A stretch of DNA of 64,000 nt. Origin: Malacoraja senta (Eukaryota). The notes below the pieces were generated by a model that worked only from the letters and a program-made list of their open reading frames with translations, had not been told where the DNA came from and did no database searches. Where the stretch lies: assembly GCA_038087875.1 (NCBI GenBank), contig CM075996.1:10666001-10730000 (forward strand), read 5' to 3'. Position 1 is the stretch's first letter; every line of letters starts with the position of its first letter. A program made the position numbers and the translations under genes. Shown in pieces: positions 35,341-49,370 of this stretch.

Positions 35341-36580
35341 AAGGACGAGTGGCAACTTCTGTTTGTTATTGGGCCCAGGCACGCTGTTGTCAGTTTTAAG
35401 ATGACTGCTCTCGGCGGTTCATGGTGCAGCATTATGCTAATGGTGGGCAAGTGCATTGTACCCTGATTCCATCTTTCTCCATAGCCTTGACACCGTTGTC
35501 TCAGACTGGATCATCTAACTTGATCCCTGGAATAAGTCTTAAGCAGAACGTTTTTGACTTTAGTTTGGTGAATGGATTTAAGAAGGTAGCAGATTGTCAG
35601 GAGGGAAAGGTGTTTAGTGGTGGTGTCAACATTTTGTTCAGCTTAGCGATATAAAAGGTCAAAGATAAACTGGAAGCGAATACTAACTCCCTCATCACTG
35701 TCGGACAGAGTGAGACCCTGATTGGGTAGAAAGAAACTGTAGATGCTGATCTATACTGAGATACAAAGTGCTGGAGTAACTCAGCGGGTCAGGCAGCATC
35801 TCTGGGGAATAAGGATGGAACCTGTCTTCAGACGGAGAGTAGGGGGGATGGAACGAGAGGTAGGAAAAAACAGAACAAACTGGGGCTGGCAACAGATGAC
35901 CAAGGAAGGGTGGAGCCCATAATGGCCCATTGTTGGCTGGGGAAGATGTGATAATGACAGGGATACAAGGATGCGAACAGTGGAACTAGTAAGATGACCA
36001 GCGTGGGTGAGGGAGTGAATGCAGGAGTTACTTGAAATTGGAGAAATCAATGTTCATACCACTAGGGGGTAAGCTGCCCAAGCGAAATATGGGGTGCTGA
36101 TCCTCCAATATGTGTGTGGCCTCACTCTGACAGTGGAGGAGACCGAGGACAGAAAGGTCTGTGTGGGAATGGGAAGAGGAGTTAAAGTATATGGCAACTG
36201 AAAGATCGCATAGGCCAAGGTGGACTGAGCACAAGTGTTTAGCGAAACAATCGCCCAGTCTACGCGTGGCTTGCCGCTGAGTCACTCCAGCACTTTGTGT
36301 CTATCTTTGAGAATCTGATTGGGACCATTTAGTTTAGTTTGGAGTTTAGCGATACAGCGTGGAAACAGGCCCTACGGCCTGCAGAGTCCGCGCCGATCAG
36401 CGATCCCCGCACACAGACACACTAGGGACAATTTACAATTATACCAAGCAAATTAACCTATAAATCTGTACATCTTTGGACTGTGGGAGGAAACCTGAGC
36501 ACCCAGGGAAAACCCATGCAGGTCATAGAAACTTTGAGTCCTGAAAAGCGCTATATAAATAAAATGTATTATTATTATTA

Positions 36581-37417
36581 TAGAAACATGGAAACATAGA
36601 AAATAGGTGCAGGAGGAGGCCATTCGGCCCTTCGAGCCAGCACCACCATTCATTGTGATCATGGCTGATCGTCCCCAATCAATAACCCGTGCCTGCCTTC
36701 TCCCCATATCCCTTGATTCCACCAGCCCCTAGAGCTCTATCTAACTCTCTCTTAAATCCATCCAGTGATTTGGCCTCCGCTGCCCTCTTTGGAAGGAAAT
36801 TCCGCAAATTCACAACTCTCTGGGTGAATAGTTTTTTTCTCACCTCAGTCTTAAATGGCCTCCCCTTTATTCGAAGACTGTGGCCCCTGGTTCTGGACTC
36901 GCCCAACATTTGGAACATTTTTCCTGCATCTGGCTTGTCCAGTCCTTTTATATTTTTTTATATTTCTATAAGATCCCCCCACATCCTTCTAAACTCCAGT
37001 GAATACAAGTCTAGTCTTTTCAATCTTTCCTCGTATGACAGTCCCGCCATCCCAGGGATCAATCTTGTGAACCTACGCTGCACTGCCTCAATCACAAGGA
37101 TGTCCTTCCACAAATTAGGAGACCAAACTGTACACAATACTCCAGATGTGGTCTTACCAGAGCCCTATACAACTGCAGAAGAACCTCTCTACTCCTATAC
37201 TGAAATCCTCTTGTTATGAAGGCCAACATTCCATTAGCTTTCTTCACTGCCTGCTGTACCTGCACGCCAACTTTCAGTGACCGGTGTACAAGGACACCCA
37301 GGTCTCGCTGTACCTCCACCTTACCTAACCTAACCCCATTGAGATAATAATCTGCCCCCTTGTTTTTGCCACCAAAGTGGATAACCTCACATTTATCTAT
37401 ATTATACTGCATCTGCC
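36581..37417 (-). mobile_element. CR1 LINE 3' fragment inserted in a SINE
   Basis: CR1 tail plus RT C-terminal ORFs 36679..36918 and 37092..37430. SINE sequence on both sides. Confidence 0.88.
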
Positions 37418-37502
37418 ACGGTGAGGTCACGGTGAGAATTTACAAACTGTGTACAGACAACCATCCATAATCATAATGGAACCTGGGTCCCTGGCGCTGT
37501 AA

Positions 37503-37831
37503 AGGGCCTGTCCCACTTACGCGATTTTTTCAGCGACTGCCGGCACCCGTCATAGTCGCAGCAGGTCGCTGAAATTTGTCAACATGTTGAAAATCCAGCA
37601 GTGACCAGAAAAAAGTACAATTGTTTGGGCGACTACTCTCGACCATACAGGGGTCACCCCACGACTTGTCGACACGTGACGCGTGCATGGTCGAGAGTAG
37701 TCGCCCAAAGAGTCGTACCTTTTTCTGATCGCCGCTGGATTTTCAACATGTTGAAAATTTTTGGTGACCTGCTATGACCGTGACGGGTGCCAGCAGTCGC
37801 CGAAAAAAATCGCGTAAGTGGGACAGGCCCT
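37503..37831. mobile_element. PIF/Harbinger-type foldback MITE with TAA TSD
   Basis: TIR AGGGCCTGTCCCACTTACGCGATTTTTT and near-palindromic throughout. TAA at 37500-37502 and 37832-37834. It interrupts the SINE motif CTGGCGCTGTAA|GGC. Confidence 0.88.
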
Positions 37832-38024
37832 TAAGGCTGCAACTCTACCGCTGCGCCACCATGCCGAGCTTAGCTTGCGTACTATCCACTTAAATCATAC
37901 AATGCACGAGTACAGGCACCTCACAATTTACGTAGAGTTACGTGCTTGAAAAGCAGCACATCATTCAAAAATACGTAAATTAAACAGATCGGCGCTTTTT
38001 TCTGAAAATACCCGCGTGTATATT

Positions 38025-38492
38025 AGGCCTCTGTGCATCTACCCAATCTGTTCCTCTCATGATCTTATGCACCTCTATACGATCACCCCTCATCTTCCTG
38101 CGCTCCAAGAAATAGAGTCCCAGCCTACTAAACCTCTCCATGTAGCTCACACCCTCTAGTCCTGGCAAAATCGTTGTAAATCTTCTCTGTACCCATTCCT
38201 GCTTGACAATATCTTTCCTATAACATGGTGCCCAGAACTGAACACAATATTTTAAAAGCAGTCTCACCATGTCTTCTACAACTGCAACTTGATCTCCCAA
38301 CTTCGATACTCAATACCGTGGCTGATGAAGGCCAATGTGCCAAAAGCCTTTTTGACCACCCGATCTACCTGTGACTCCACCTTCAGGTAACCAGATCCCT
38401 CCGCTCTACAACGTACCCCAGAGCCCCACCATTCACTGTGCGGGTCCTGCCCTTGTTAGTCTTCCCAAAATGCAACACCTCACATTTCCCTG
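38025..38492 (-). mobile_element. Old CR1-like LINE fragment
   Basis: YCVQFWAP...VQRRFT...GLYFLERR. Confidence 0.7.
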
Positions 38493-40102
38493 CATGGCCT
38501 AATTCTATCACCTATGAGATTAAAATGTGAGACCAAATAGAAGACATTTTAGGGTGAGGACCAAATTATAGAAAGAGATGCAATGTTGCAGCAGAGTGGT
38601 GCAGTTGGAGAGGCAGCCGTGAAGTTGGCAGGAGGTTGGCTGGAAAGGAAGGAGTGGGATGGAGGAAGCCTGCAGTTACTTGGAATATGATGCCAACCAC
38701 GTGGTCAGCGGGAACAGTGCCAACATTGGGGTGCACAACCAAAGGTCGAGACAACTATGTGGCACTGTTGCTGGACCTAACGAAGAGTTACAACCCATGT
38801 AAGATTGGCTGAATGCAAAAGCTGAAGCTGTTCAGTGCTTTAATCTTGCATGGAAGCAGGTCGGATAATCCTAAATCATGTTCCGCATGTAGTTTCCTGT
38901 GACATGTTATGTGTAGTGCTTCACCGGGCACTGAGCTGGAGCAGGGCCAATCACACACAACAGCAGTGTTTTGCTTATGACAGGCGCTGATGGATTAATG
39001 GGGCAGAAAAAACAGCAAAGTTTAGAAAGTGTAGGAGAGAAATTAAAGGTGACAATTACAGAAAGCAAGGAGGGTTTGAAAATATTTGGCAAATAAAATC
39101 AAAAGATATTTTATGTACGCGAAGAGCAAGAGAATGATCAAGAAACAAATAGGGCCGTTGGGAGGTCTCTAGACCTTAGAGATACAGCGCGGAGACAAGC
39201 CCTTTGGCCCAGCAAGTCCGCACCAACCAGTCATCACCCAATAAGAATAAGTTTATTGGTCAAGTATTCACATACAAGGAATTTGCCTTGGTGCTCCGCC
39301 CGCAGGTGACAACGACATACAGTGACAAGTAGGAATGACACATTAAACATGAATAATAAAACATTATTGATTAAACATGTGAATTAAATAAAATACCGGA
39401 GCAAAAGGTGGCTACAGATAAGCTAGCATTAGGTAGCATTATCCTACACACACTAGGGACAATTTATAGTTATCAGTAGCCAATTATCCTACAAACCTGT
39501 ACATCTGTACATCAGAGGAAACTGGAGCACCCAGAGAAAACCCATGCAGTCATAGGGAGAAGGTACAAACTCCGTACAGACAGCACCCGTGGGCAGGATT
39601 GAACCCAGGTCTCTGGCGCTGTGAGGCAGCAACTCTACCGTTGTGCCACCGTGCCGACCCAAAAGGTTGTCAGTGAGTGGCTGTGTGTACGATGAATGAA
39701 TATTTAGTGATGTGGTCACAATGGACAGAAGGGCTGCTGCTGTGAAACTTCAACACGCTTGGCTATGTATTGCAGTGCGTGACCTGCAGGGTGGCAGGCG
39801 ATCGGACAGGGTTGTTTTTACTTGACTGGCACAGATGGGCTGAATGGCCTCCTGCATCATCGATGATTAAAGTCGTCTTACACCCTGGCATCTGGAAACC
39901 TGAGCACTGCTCAACCACAGTGCCGGTAACCTCTACCCTGACCCAGCTAGTCTGATTTAAATGTAGGGAGTAACTGTGGATGCTGGTTTACACCGCAGGT
40001 AGACACAAAATGCTGGAGGAACTCAGCGGGACAGGCAGCATCTCTGATAGAAGCAATGGGTGACATTTCAGGGCGAGACCCTTCTTCCGACTCTCAGACT
40101 GA

Positions 40103-40850
40103 AACATAGAAAATCGGTGCAGGAGGAGGCCATTCGGCCCTTCGAGCTAGCACAGCCATTCAATATGATCATGGCTGATCATCCAAAATCAATATATCGT
40201 TCTGGCTTCATCCCCATATCCCTTGATTCCCTAAGAGCTAAATCTACCTCTCTCTTGAAAATCCTCCAATTGGCCTCCACTGCCTTCTGTGGCAGAGAAT
40301 TCCGCAGAATCACAACTCTTTGGGTGAAAAAGTTTTTCCTCATCTCAGTCTTAAATGGCCTACCCCTTATTCTTAAACTGTGACCCCGGGTTCTGGACTC
40401 CCCCAACATCGGGAACATTTTTCCTGCAACTACCTTGTCCAATCCTCTAAAAAATTTATGTTTCAATATATATACCCTCTCATCCTTCTAAATACCACCG
40501 AATACAAATCCAGTCGACCCATTCTTTCATCATATGTCAGTCCTGCCATCCTAGGAATTAAATTGGTGAACTTACGCTGCACTCAAATAGCAATAATGTC
40601 ACAACTCTCTTGGTGAAACATTATGTTTCCACCCAGAGAGTTGTGAATGCGTGGAATTCTCTGCCACAGAAAGCAGTGGAGGCCGATTCACTAGATGCAT
40701 TCTAAAGAGAATTAGATGGTGCTCTTTGGGCTAGTGGAATCAAGGGTTATGGGGAGAAAGCAGGAACAGGATACTGATTGTGGATGATCAGCCATGATCA
40801 TATTGAATGAGGCTGGCTTCATGGGCTACTCCTGCACCTATTTTCTATGT
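40103..40850. mobile_element. Two CR1 3' ends in opposite orientation
   Basis: A minus-strand copy (~40103-40595) followed by a plus-strand 3' end (~40625-40850). Confidence 0.75.
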
Positions 40851-41595
40851 TTATAACCCACACCAACAATGTGTTTTGGATTGCTGTGCCAATTTCACAG
40901 AAGTTGCTGCTTCTCTTTCGCAGTCCTGGTCTGCCTCCACCCTAAATCGTTGCCCTTTATCTCGCGTTGTTACAAAACCACCCACCAGTGGTGCTCCAGA
41001 TCTGCCTGCTGCCTGTGCGTGCGATTCCAGAGGCTTGGGGGGGGGGGGCGGGATTAAAATGCAGGTTTGTATTGGTTGTCGGATATGGATTTCCTCGGGC
41101 TGCTAGCTGATGAAGAAAAATCGTTCGCGTTTCCGTTCCCGTTTTTTTTAAATTGCTGGGCGATTGCATCACTGGATTGAAGTTAAATGCAACTTGTAAC
41201 GCCTTCAACACCTTCAACATCACGGATCGCAAGTGCAGGACAAAACAAAAGGTATGTCGTCTATTTAACATATTATGTTGTATTTTGGTGTGGCTTCATT
41301 TTAATCTTATGGTACAAAAAATGTTATTTAGGCCCCCATACCAATCGGCCATGTCTTGCCTGCCGATATGGGCTTAAAATTTATGGCAACGGCAACATTC
41401 CAATCGATCACATTCCAGAAACATCCATTCTCAAGACAATCAAATTCATTATTTTTTTGCACTATCATGTCATAAGAACATCTAAATCATCTATATTTTG
41501 TGTTATGGTCTATCCATGATCAATATTTTCATACTAAATATCCACAGTACAGTTTTAGTCAGATGTATTGTGCAAAAAATAATGATTTTGATTAT

Positions 41596-42537
41596 CATAG
41601 AAACATAGAAAATAGGTGCAGGAGGAGGCCATTCGGCCCTTCGAGCCAGCACCGCCATTCATTGTGATCATGGCTGATCGTCCCCTATCAATAACCTGTG
41701 CCTGCCTTCTCCCCATATCCCTTGACTCCACTAGCCCCTAAAGCTCTATCTAACTCTCTCTTAAATCCATCCAGTGACTTGGCCTCCACTGCCCTCTGTG
41801 GCAGGGAATTCCATAAATTCAAAACTCTCTGGGTGAAAAAGTTTTGTCTCACCTCAGTCTTAAATGACCTCTCCTTTATTCTAAGACTGTGGCCCCTGGT
41901 TCTGGACTCGCCCAACATTGGGAACATTTTTCCTGCATCTAGCTTGTCCAGTCCTTTTATAATTTTATGTTTCTATAAGATCCCCCCTCATCCGTCTAAA
42001 CTCCAGTGAATACAAGCCTAGTCTTTTCAATCTTTCCTCATATGACAGTCCCGCCATCCCAGGGATCAATCTCGTGAACCTACGCTGCACTGCCTCAATG
42101 ACAAGGATGTCCTTCCTCAAATTAGGAGACCAAAACTGTACAAAATACTCCAGATGTGGTCTCACCAGAGCCCTATACAACTGCAGAAGAACCTCTTTAC
42201 TCCTATACTGAAATCCACTTGTTATGAAGGCCAACATTCCATTAGCTTTCTTCACTGCCTGCTGTATTAGTGTTGCTCCTAATTCCCTCTTCCAAATCAT
42301 TAATATATATGGTAAACAGTTGCGGCCCCAACACCGAGCCTTGCGGCACTCCACTCGCCACTGCCTGCCATTCTGAAAAGGACCCGTTCACTCCTACTCT
42401 TTGCTTCCGCTCTGCCAACCAATTTTCTATCCATGTCAACACCCTACCCCCAATACCATGTGCTCTAATTTTAGTCACCTTTCTCCCGTGCGGGACCTTA
42501 TCAAAGGCTTTCTGAAAGTCTAGATACACTACATCGA
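41596..42537 (-). mobile_element. CR1 LINE with internal deletion
   Basis: ORFs 41688..41927, 41965..42354 and 42242..42544. The FADD region is deleted. Confidence 0.88.
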
Positions 42538-43752
42538 CATCCACTTGAGAGTGGATGTTTCTGGATTAATTTATGGGAATTAAACATTAAATTCCTTCCA
42601 TTTGGCATATAAATTCATGACAAAGTGAGATTTAAAAATCATGTTATATTGTGAATTCTTGTGTGAATGGGATCAGTTTGTTATTTGTTATTTGGAATCT
42701 TTGGCTATTTAAGAATGTTAGCATTTTCTTAAGAAATGGATAGATGTTTAGATCAAATCAATTGATTTGATGAAACTGATGAATGAATTTTTTGTTGGGT
42801 ATTTACTATTTGGTTTAGCGTTTATCATTTCTACCCTTTTTTATAAAACTGCAAATAATAACTTGTTTCTGTTAATGCTGTTCAGTGCTTTTTAAAAACA
42901 TTTTAAACAGATGGCTCCAAAGAAGAAATTGTCAATCCAAATGCCCAGCAAAAGAGACTGATTTAGACAGCATTCGCAGAGATTATCCGAATTTGGACTA
43001 CTCCAAATGTGATGATCTACAGGACATTCTTAACGGGAAAGTAGTGGGCAGAAAGAGCAAAAACTTGTAGTTTACAATGCCAAAATTGAAAAGTTGAAGA
43101 AAAACAAGGTGTACAGAGTTGCTTATTGGCTAAAATCTGAGGAGTATGATGATGCTACTGATTATAATATGCCAATGTATCAGCTAGCAACTGATCTCCA
43201 TAAAGACTTGGTCTTTAATAGAAATTGTAATTTCTTTACCTGTCTGTTATGGACTTACAACATATAATACAATAATATTAAAGTTCTGATCTTGAGAATA
43301 TCACATTTTTTAATTTTCAAGGTAGTCTGGGTGTTTATTACTATTTCAGTCACAACGGTCAATTTTGTAATTAGCTACAATTAGGTAACTAACTAATTAT
43401 ATGCTTTAATTTTAGGTCATCCAAGTAAGATGTTTCATATTTGTTTCAGAATGCTTCAATCTATAATAACTGAAAATTTCATTCAGCTCTTAATTTTTAA
43501 GAAAGTTATGGGCTTTTATGTCAATTGACTGTCCTCGATCACAGTTTTTGTTTTAAGTCAATGGAAAAGCAATAGGCAACAAGATGCTAATTTCCAAGTA
43601 TGAAAATGACCATAACCTTTTTAATACTGAAGATATGAACGTGAATTAGGTATCAAATTAAAGTTCTTTTTATCCTTTATCTGGTGGGATAAATGACAAG
43701 CTTGATTTTTAAAATCTCAAAATGTTGTGACATTCCTATTTTATCGTTTCAG

Positions 43753-43940
43753 GTTGCACAAGAAAAGGTCAAACAGCAAATGGCTGGGACCTGTGCCTGG
43801 AGTCAAAGGTTCGCCATCCAACAGTTCAGTCAACAGTCTGAGTAGCTACATCAGCAACGCTTCCAAGTTCTCTCAGCACTCTCAGCTCTCTCAGCGCTCT
43901 CAGCACCTCGGCAGCAGCAGCGGCTGGCAGGAGCCCGTCG
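43753..43940 (+). CDS. SUN2: SUN2-like coding exon 2
   Basis: TTTCAG acceptor, (R)LHKKRSNSKWLGPVPG...QEPV, donor G|GTATGT. Phases 2/1 fit the neighbouring exons. Confidence 0.8.
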
Positions 43941-44512
43941 GTATGTGTCCGGGGAGGGCAGCGCGGGGGGTGGAAGCTGGGCACCGGCGCATTTCTTTAG
44001 TCAGAGGGTGGTGAATCAGTGGAATTCATTGCCACAGAAGGCTGTGGAGGCCAAGTCAGTGGATATTTTTATTATTAGCTAGGGGAAGGTGACAACGAAG
44101 CATACAAAGATAAAATTTAATCAGGAGGACAGTTAAGCTGGCCGGAGAGCCAGGATGGTGGAGGGATGGAGAGATTGAGGGAAAACAAGGGTTACGAAGT
44201 TAGAGATGTCAACATCATATTGTTGGGATGTAAGGTGTCCAAGCGAAATATGAGGTGCTGCAATATTTTCCTGTGATGACTTGCCTAGGTAACTGTAGAT
44301 CAGTGTCACTCATGTTATGTCGTGCTTTGGTAGTTACACCCACTAGCTTTACATTAACCCTCCCTGCCTGGTTCTTGCATTATTAGAAAAACGTGCAAGC
44401 ATGAAGTTACCAATGCTATGTCGTTAATAAAGTCTTTAGACCTTTATCATGGTGTAAGGCTTCAGTTATTTGGACAGTCGCAACACAACAGTAACCTGTA
44501 TCTCGCATCCAG

Positions 44513-44662
44513 CAGTCGGAGGGCCGTCCAGCTTTGAGGACAGCTACGAAGAGAAATTAAACAGGGCATATGACAGCATAGGGATACTGACAGCACCTTC
44601 CACTTCTTCCGACATCTACATGTCGTCGACATCTGGCTACTCCTCCGAGGATGAGCTGCAGG
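44513..44662 (+). CDS. SUN2: SUN2-like coding exon 3
   Basis: Ends in SSTSGYSSEDELQG, matching the SUN2 SSGYSSEDD motif. Donor G|GTAAGT; tandem CAGCAG acceptor. Confidence 0.85.
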
Positions 44663-44829
44663 GTAAGTGGAAAGTTCATCATCTCACCCCCCACATCCCT
44701 CATCCTGAACAGCTAACGAGCGGCACGTTGCACTATCGGCAGAGAGGACACACTGGCTGGGGCTGGAACAGAGGCTTTAGGGATTTTATATTGAAGCTGG
44801 GCAGTGGGGCGGCTGAGCTGGCACTTATT

Positions 44830-45420
44830 GTGGTTGGTGGATGAGAGGGTGGGAGGTGTTACTAGGGTGGGGACAGGGTGGGTGGGAGATGTTACTATGG
44901 TGGGGCAGATAGATGGGGGCAGTTACTAGGGCATGGACAAGGTGGGTGGGTGGTAGATATTTGGCGTGGGCACTGGGTGAATTGGGGATATTGCTAAGAT
45001 GTGGACAGGGTGGGTGCATGGAGGATGTTGGGGGTGTGGAGGATGTGGGGGGTGGGGGTGGGTGAGTGGAGGATGTTTGAGGGTGGGGGTGTGGGTGAGT
45101 GGAGGATGTTGGGGGGTGTGGGGTGGGTGAAGGTGTGGAGGATGTTGGGTGGGTGAGTGGAGGATGTTGGGTGGGGCTGAACATCCCATTGCTGGGGCAG
45201 GGTGAGGTTGAGTGGGCTATTACAAGGCGCGGGTGTCGGGACATGGGGTGGGTGCATGTGCTGTAACTGGGAAGGGGGTGAGGGACATGTAAGCGGGCTG
45301 ACGGTGGGGAGGGTAAATGGAGCGGGTGGGGTGTGAGGGTCCATTACTGGGGCAGGTGAGGGGCCGTTAATGAGGTGGGCTGTGGGTGGGTGAGTGGGCC
45401 GTGGACTGACACTGGGCAGG
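44830..45420. repeat. G-rich low-complexity / degenerate GGAGGATGTTGGG repeat
   Basis: Repeated TGGAGGATGT..GGG units at ~45019-45175. Confidence 0.8.
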
Positions 45421-46304
45421 AGCTGAACCTGTTGTACAGGATTTTAGATTTCTGAGATGCTGGGTCACATCAGGGGGACTGAGCTGTTGTTTGGGGCAGC
45501 TAATCGGCATTCATTCACACACACGCACACACACATATGTACACACAAAACCCACCCACAAAAAATAGGGTGCTGCCATTTGACGACACAAAACTCCCCC
45601 TGCTTAGCGCCTGTTCACCAAGGTGTGGAAACTGATGCAGCTTCTGTTAAAGAGCATCGTTCCATTGCAATCTCCAGGTGGTATCAGCAGCAACACCCTG
45701 TGTATCTATCCACTTAAAATCATTAATGAATCCACTTCCTGCAGAGTTTTGGAGATAATATTCTGGATCCTGTCAGTATAGAATCTGTGACCTCTGTTTA
45801 TTGATCCCTCAATAGCTAAACCTTTCTCGTTTAGAACCCTGCTGTTACTTCTCTGATAGGTTATCTCTTTTAGCTTCTCTGTTCCGTGAGGACTGCTAAC
45901 TTTTCTAAATTACTCTTTACTGTAATTCTAGAAACTGTCTAAATCAATTCTTAGGCTTGAAGTCTGAAGAAGGGTCCCGACCCAAAACGTCACCCATCCT
46001 TTTTCAGACAAAGATGCTGCCTGACCCGCTGAGTTACTCCAGAACTTTGTGTCTATCTTAGGCTTTTGACATCCTTCCTTTAGTTTAGTTTAGAGATACA
46101 GCTTGAAAACAGGCCCTTCGGCCCACCGAGTCGGCACTGATCAGCGATCCCCGCACACTAACAGTTGAGCCGTGGGCCGATCAGTTGCATGGTGCTTTTG
46201 TGAACAGCAGCGCAAACATTGGGCCACGTGGCCCTTTGAACATTGTAAACTTTGAGAGAGAAGTTTGCGTTGTTGACATCTTGCTGTTCTTTCCCATCCC
46301 CCAG

Positions 46305-46373
46305 GTTTGGCGTACTCTGAATCGTTCTCTCCCCTTGCCAAGCTGTGGGGCTGGATCTCGCTGCTGTCTCCAG
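46305..46373 (+). CDS. SUN2: SUN2-like coding exon 4
   Basis: Polypyrimidine tract plus CAG. GLAYSESFSPLAKLWGWISLLSP. Donor AG|GTACCT, phase 1/1. Confidence 0.75.
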
Positions 46374-46887
46374 GTACCTGCATTACTAATCTTCCCTCTT
46401 CTGTGGTCCATGGCCCCAAAACTCTGCTCCAGTCAACCAGTGCCCTGCTGATACTGGACCCATTGGTGAGGTAGAGCCCGCTGCTCCCTCCTTAAACTCC
46501 CAGGGTTTGCAGAAGGCCTGGTCCCCAGTGCTTTGTTGTTCGTGCAGCCTAGGATCACAGTCAGTGCGGAGGGTTCCAGCTTGGTACTCCAGTGTGTTCC
46601 CTCAGCCTGATTGGGTCACTCACAGAGATGAGTGGTGAGTTGCCGAGAGGACCACCGAGTCAAGAGACGACTGACTGTCAATGCTCGGTTACTCGATCCC
46701 GACTGAAGTCATGTTGTAACACATGAAAAGGGAGGCCTGGTTTGTGTTCCAGGGTCACTGGGGTGATGAAAGAATAGGATCTCCTTTAGATTTCCCTAGC
46801 TGTGTGGCACCGAGGACGCTTTTTAAATGCAGTGTAACGTGGTGGACCGTGGCCAAGCTCGCACACAGCATTGTGGTGATCAGCAGA

Positions 46888-49370
46888 CATAGAAACATAG
46901 AAAATAGGTGCAGGAGGAGGCCATTCAGCCCTTCGAGCCAGCACCGCCATTCATTGTGATCATGGCTGATCGTCCCCTATCAATAACCTGTGCCTGCCTT
47001 CTCCCCATATCCCTTGACTCCACTAGCCCCAAAGCTCTATCTAACTATCTCTTAAATCCATCCAGTGACTTGGCCTCCACTGCCTTCTGTGGCAGGGAAT
47101 TCCATAAATTCACAACTCTCTGGGTGAAAAAGTTTTTTCTCACCTCATTCTTAAATGACCTCCCCTTTATTCTAAGACTGTGGCCCCTGGTTCTGGACTC
47201 GCCCAACATTGGGAACATTTTTCCTGCGTCTAGCTTGTCCAGTCCTTTTATAATTTTACATGTTTCTATAAGATATCCCCTCATCCATCTAAACTCCAGT
47301 GAATATAAGCCTAGTCTTTTCAATCTTTCCTCATATGACAGTCCCGCCATCCCAGGGATCAATCTCGTGAACCTACGCTGCACTGCCTCAATCACAAGGA
47401 TGTCCTTTCTCAAATTAGGAGACCAAAACTGTACACAATACTCCAGATGTGGTCTCACCAGAGCCCTATACAACTGCAGAAGAACCTCTTTACTCCTATA
47501 CTGAAATCCTCTTGTTATGAAGGCCAACATTCCATTAGCTTTCTTCACTGCCTGCTGCACCTGTAAGCCAACTTTCAGTGGCCGGTGTACAAGGACGCCC
47601 AGGTCTCGCTGCACCTCCCCCTTACCTAAACTAACCCCTTTGCGATAATAATCTGCCCCCTTGTTTTTGCCTCCAAAGTGGATAACCTCACATTTATCTA
47701 TATTATACTGCATCTGCCATGCATCTTCCCACTCACTCAACATGTCCAGGTCACCCTGCAACCTCCTAACATCCTCTTCACAGTTCACACTGCCACCCAG
47801 CTTTGTGTCATCCGCAAACTTGCTAGTGTTGCTCCTAATTCCCTCTTCCAAATCATTAATATATAGTAAACAGTTGAGGCCCCAACACCGAGCCTTGCGG
47901 TACTCCACTCGCCACTGCCTGCCATTCTGAAAAGGACCCGTTCACTCCTACTCTTTGCTTCCGGTCTGCCAACCAATTTTCTATCCATGTCAACACCCTA
48001 CCCCCAATACCATGTGCTCTAATTTTAGTCACCAGTCTCCCGTGTGGGACCTTATCAAAGGCTTTCTGAAAGTCTAGATACACTACATTCACTGGCACCC
48101 TTTCATCTATTTTACTTGTCACATCCTCAAAAAATTCCAGAAAATTAGTCAAGCATGATTTCCCTTTCATAAATCCATGTTGACGGACTAATCCTTTTAC
48201 TGCTATCCAAATGCCCCATTATTACCTCTTTAATAATTGACTCCATCATCATACCCACCACCGAAGTCAGGCTAACTGGTCTGTAATTCCCTGTTTTCTC
48301 TCTCGCTCCTTTCTTGAAAAGTGGGATAACATTAGCTATCCTCCAATCCACGGGAACTGATCCTGAATCTATTGAATATTGGAAAATGATCACCAATGTG
48401 TCCACTATTTCTAGAGCCACCTCCCTGAGGCACCTGGGATGCAGACCATCAGGTCCAGGGGATTTATCATCCTTCAGTCCCATTAGCCTACCCAATACTA
48501 TTTCTCGCCTAATGAAAATTTCTTTCAGTTCCTCTACCCCCTTAGATCCACTGTCCTCCAGTACATCTGGGAGATTGTTTGTGTCTTCCTTAGTGAAGAC
48601 AGATCCGAAGTACTTATTCAACTCTTGTGCCATTTCCTTGTTGCCCAGAATAATTTCACCCGTGTCTGCCTTCAAGGGACCCACATTTGACTTTGCTACT
48701 CTTTTTCCCTTAACATGACTAAATAAGCTTTTACTGTCCTTCTTTATATTCTTGGCCAGCTTCCCTTCGTAATTCATCTTTTCAGCCCGTATTGCCCGTT
48801 TTGTTTCCTTCTGTTGTCCTATGAAAGTTTCCCAATCCTCTGGCTTCCGGCTACTCTTTGCTGTGTTATACATTTTTTCTTTTAGTTTTATTCTATCCCT
48901 AACTTCTCTTGTCAGCCATGGTTGCCTCCAACACCCCTTAGAATCTTTCTTCCTTTTTGGAATGAAATGATCCTGCGTCTTCCGGATTATGCCCAGAAAT
49001 TCCGGCCATTGCTGTTCCACCGTCATTCCTTCTAGGATCCATTTCCAGTCTACCTTGGCCAGCTCCCCACTCATGCCTTCATAGTCCCCTTTGTTCAACT
49101 GCTTCACTGACACTTCCGATTTAACGTTCTCCTCAAATTGCAGATTAAAAGTAATCATATTATGATCACTACCTCAAAGCGGTTCCTTTATCTCGAGTTC
49201 TCTTATCATATCTTGTTCATTGGACAACACTAAATCCAGAATTGCCTTTTCTCTGGTCGGCTCCATTACAAGCTGCTCTAAGAATCCATCTCGGAGGCGT
49301 TCTACAAACTCTTTCTTGGGGTCCTGAACCAACCTGATTTTCCCAGTCTACCTGCATATTGAAATCCCCC
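46888..49370 (-). mobile_element. CR1 LINE, second subfamily (part of EN plus RT, frameshifted)
   Basis: ORFs 48145..49158, 47856..48170 and 47045..47908, plus tail. Confidence 0.92.
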
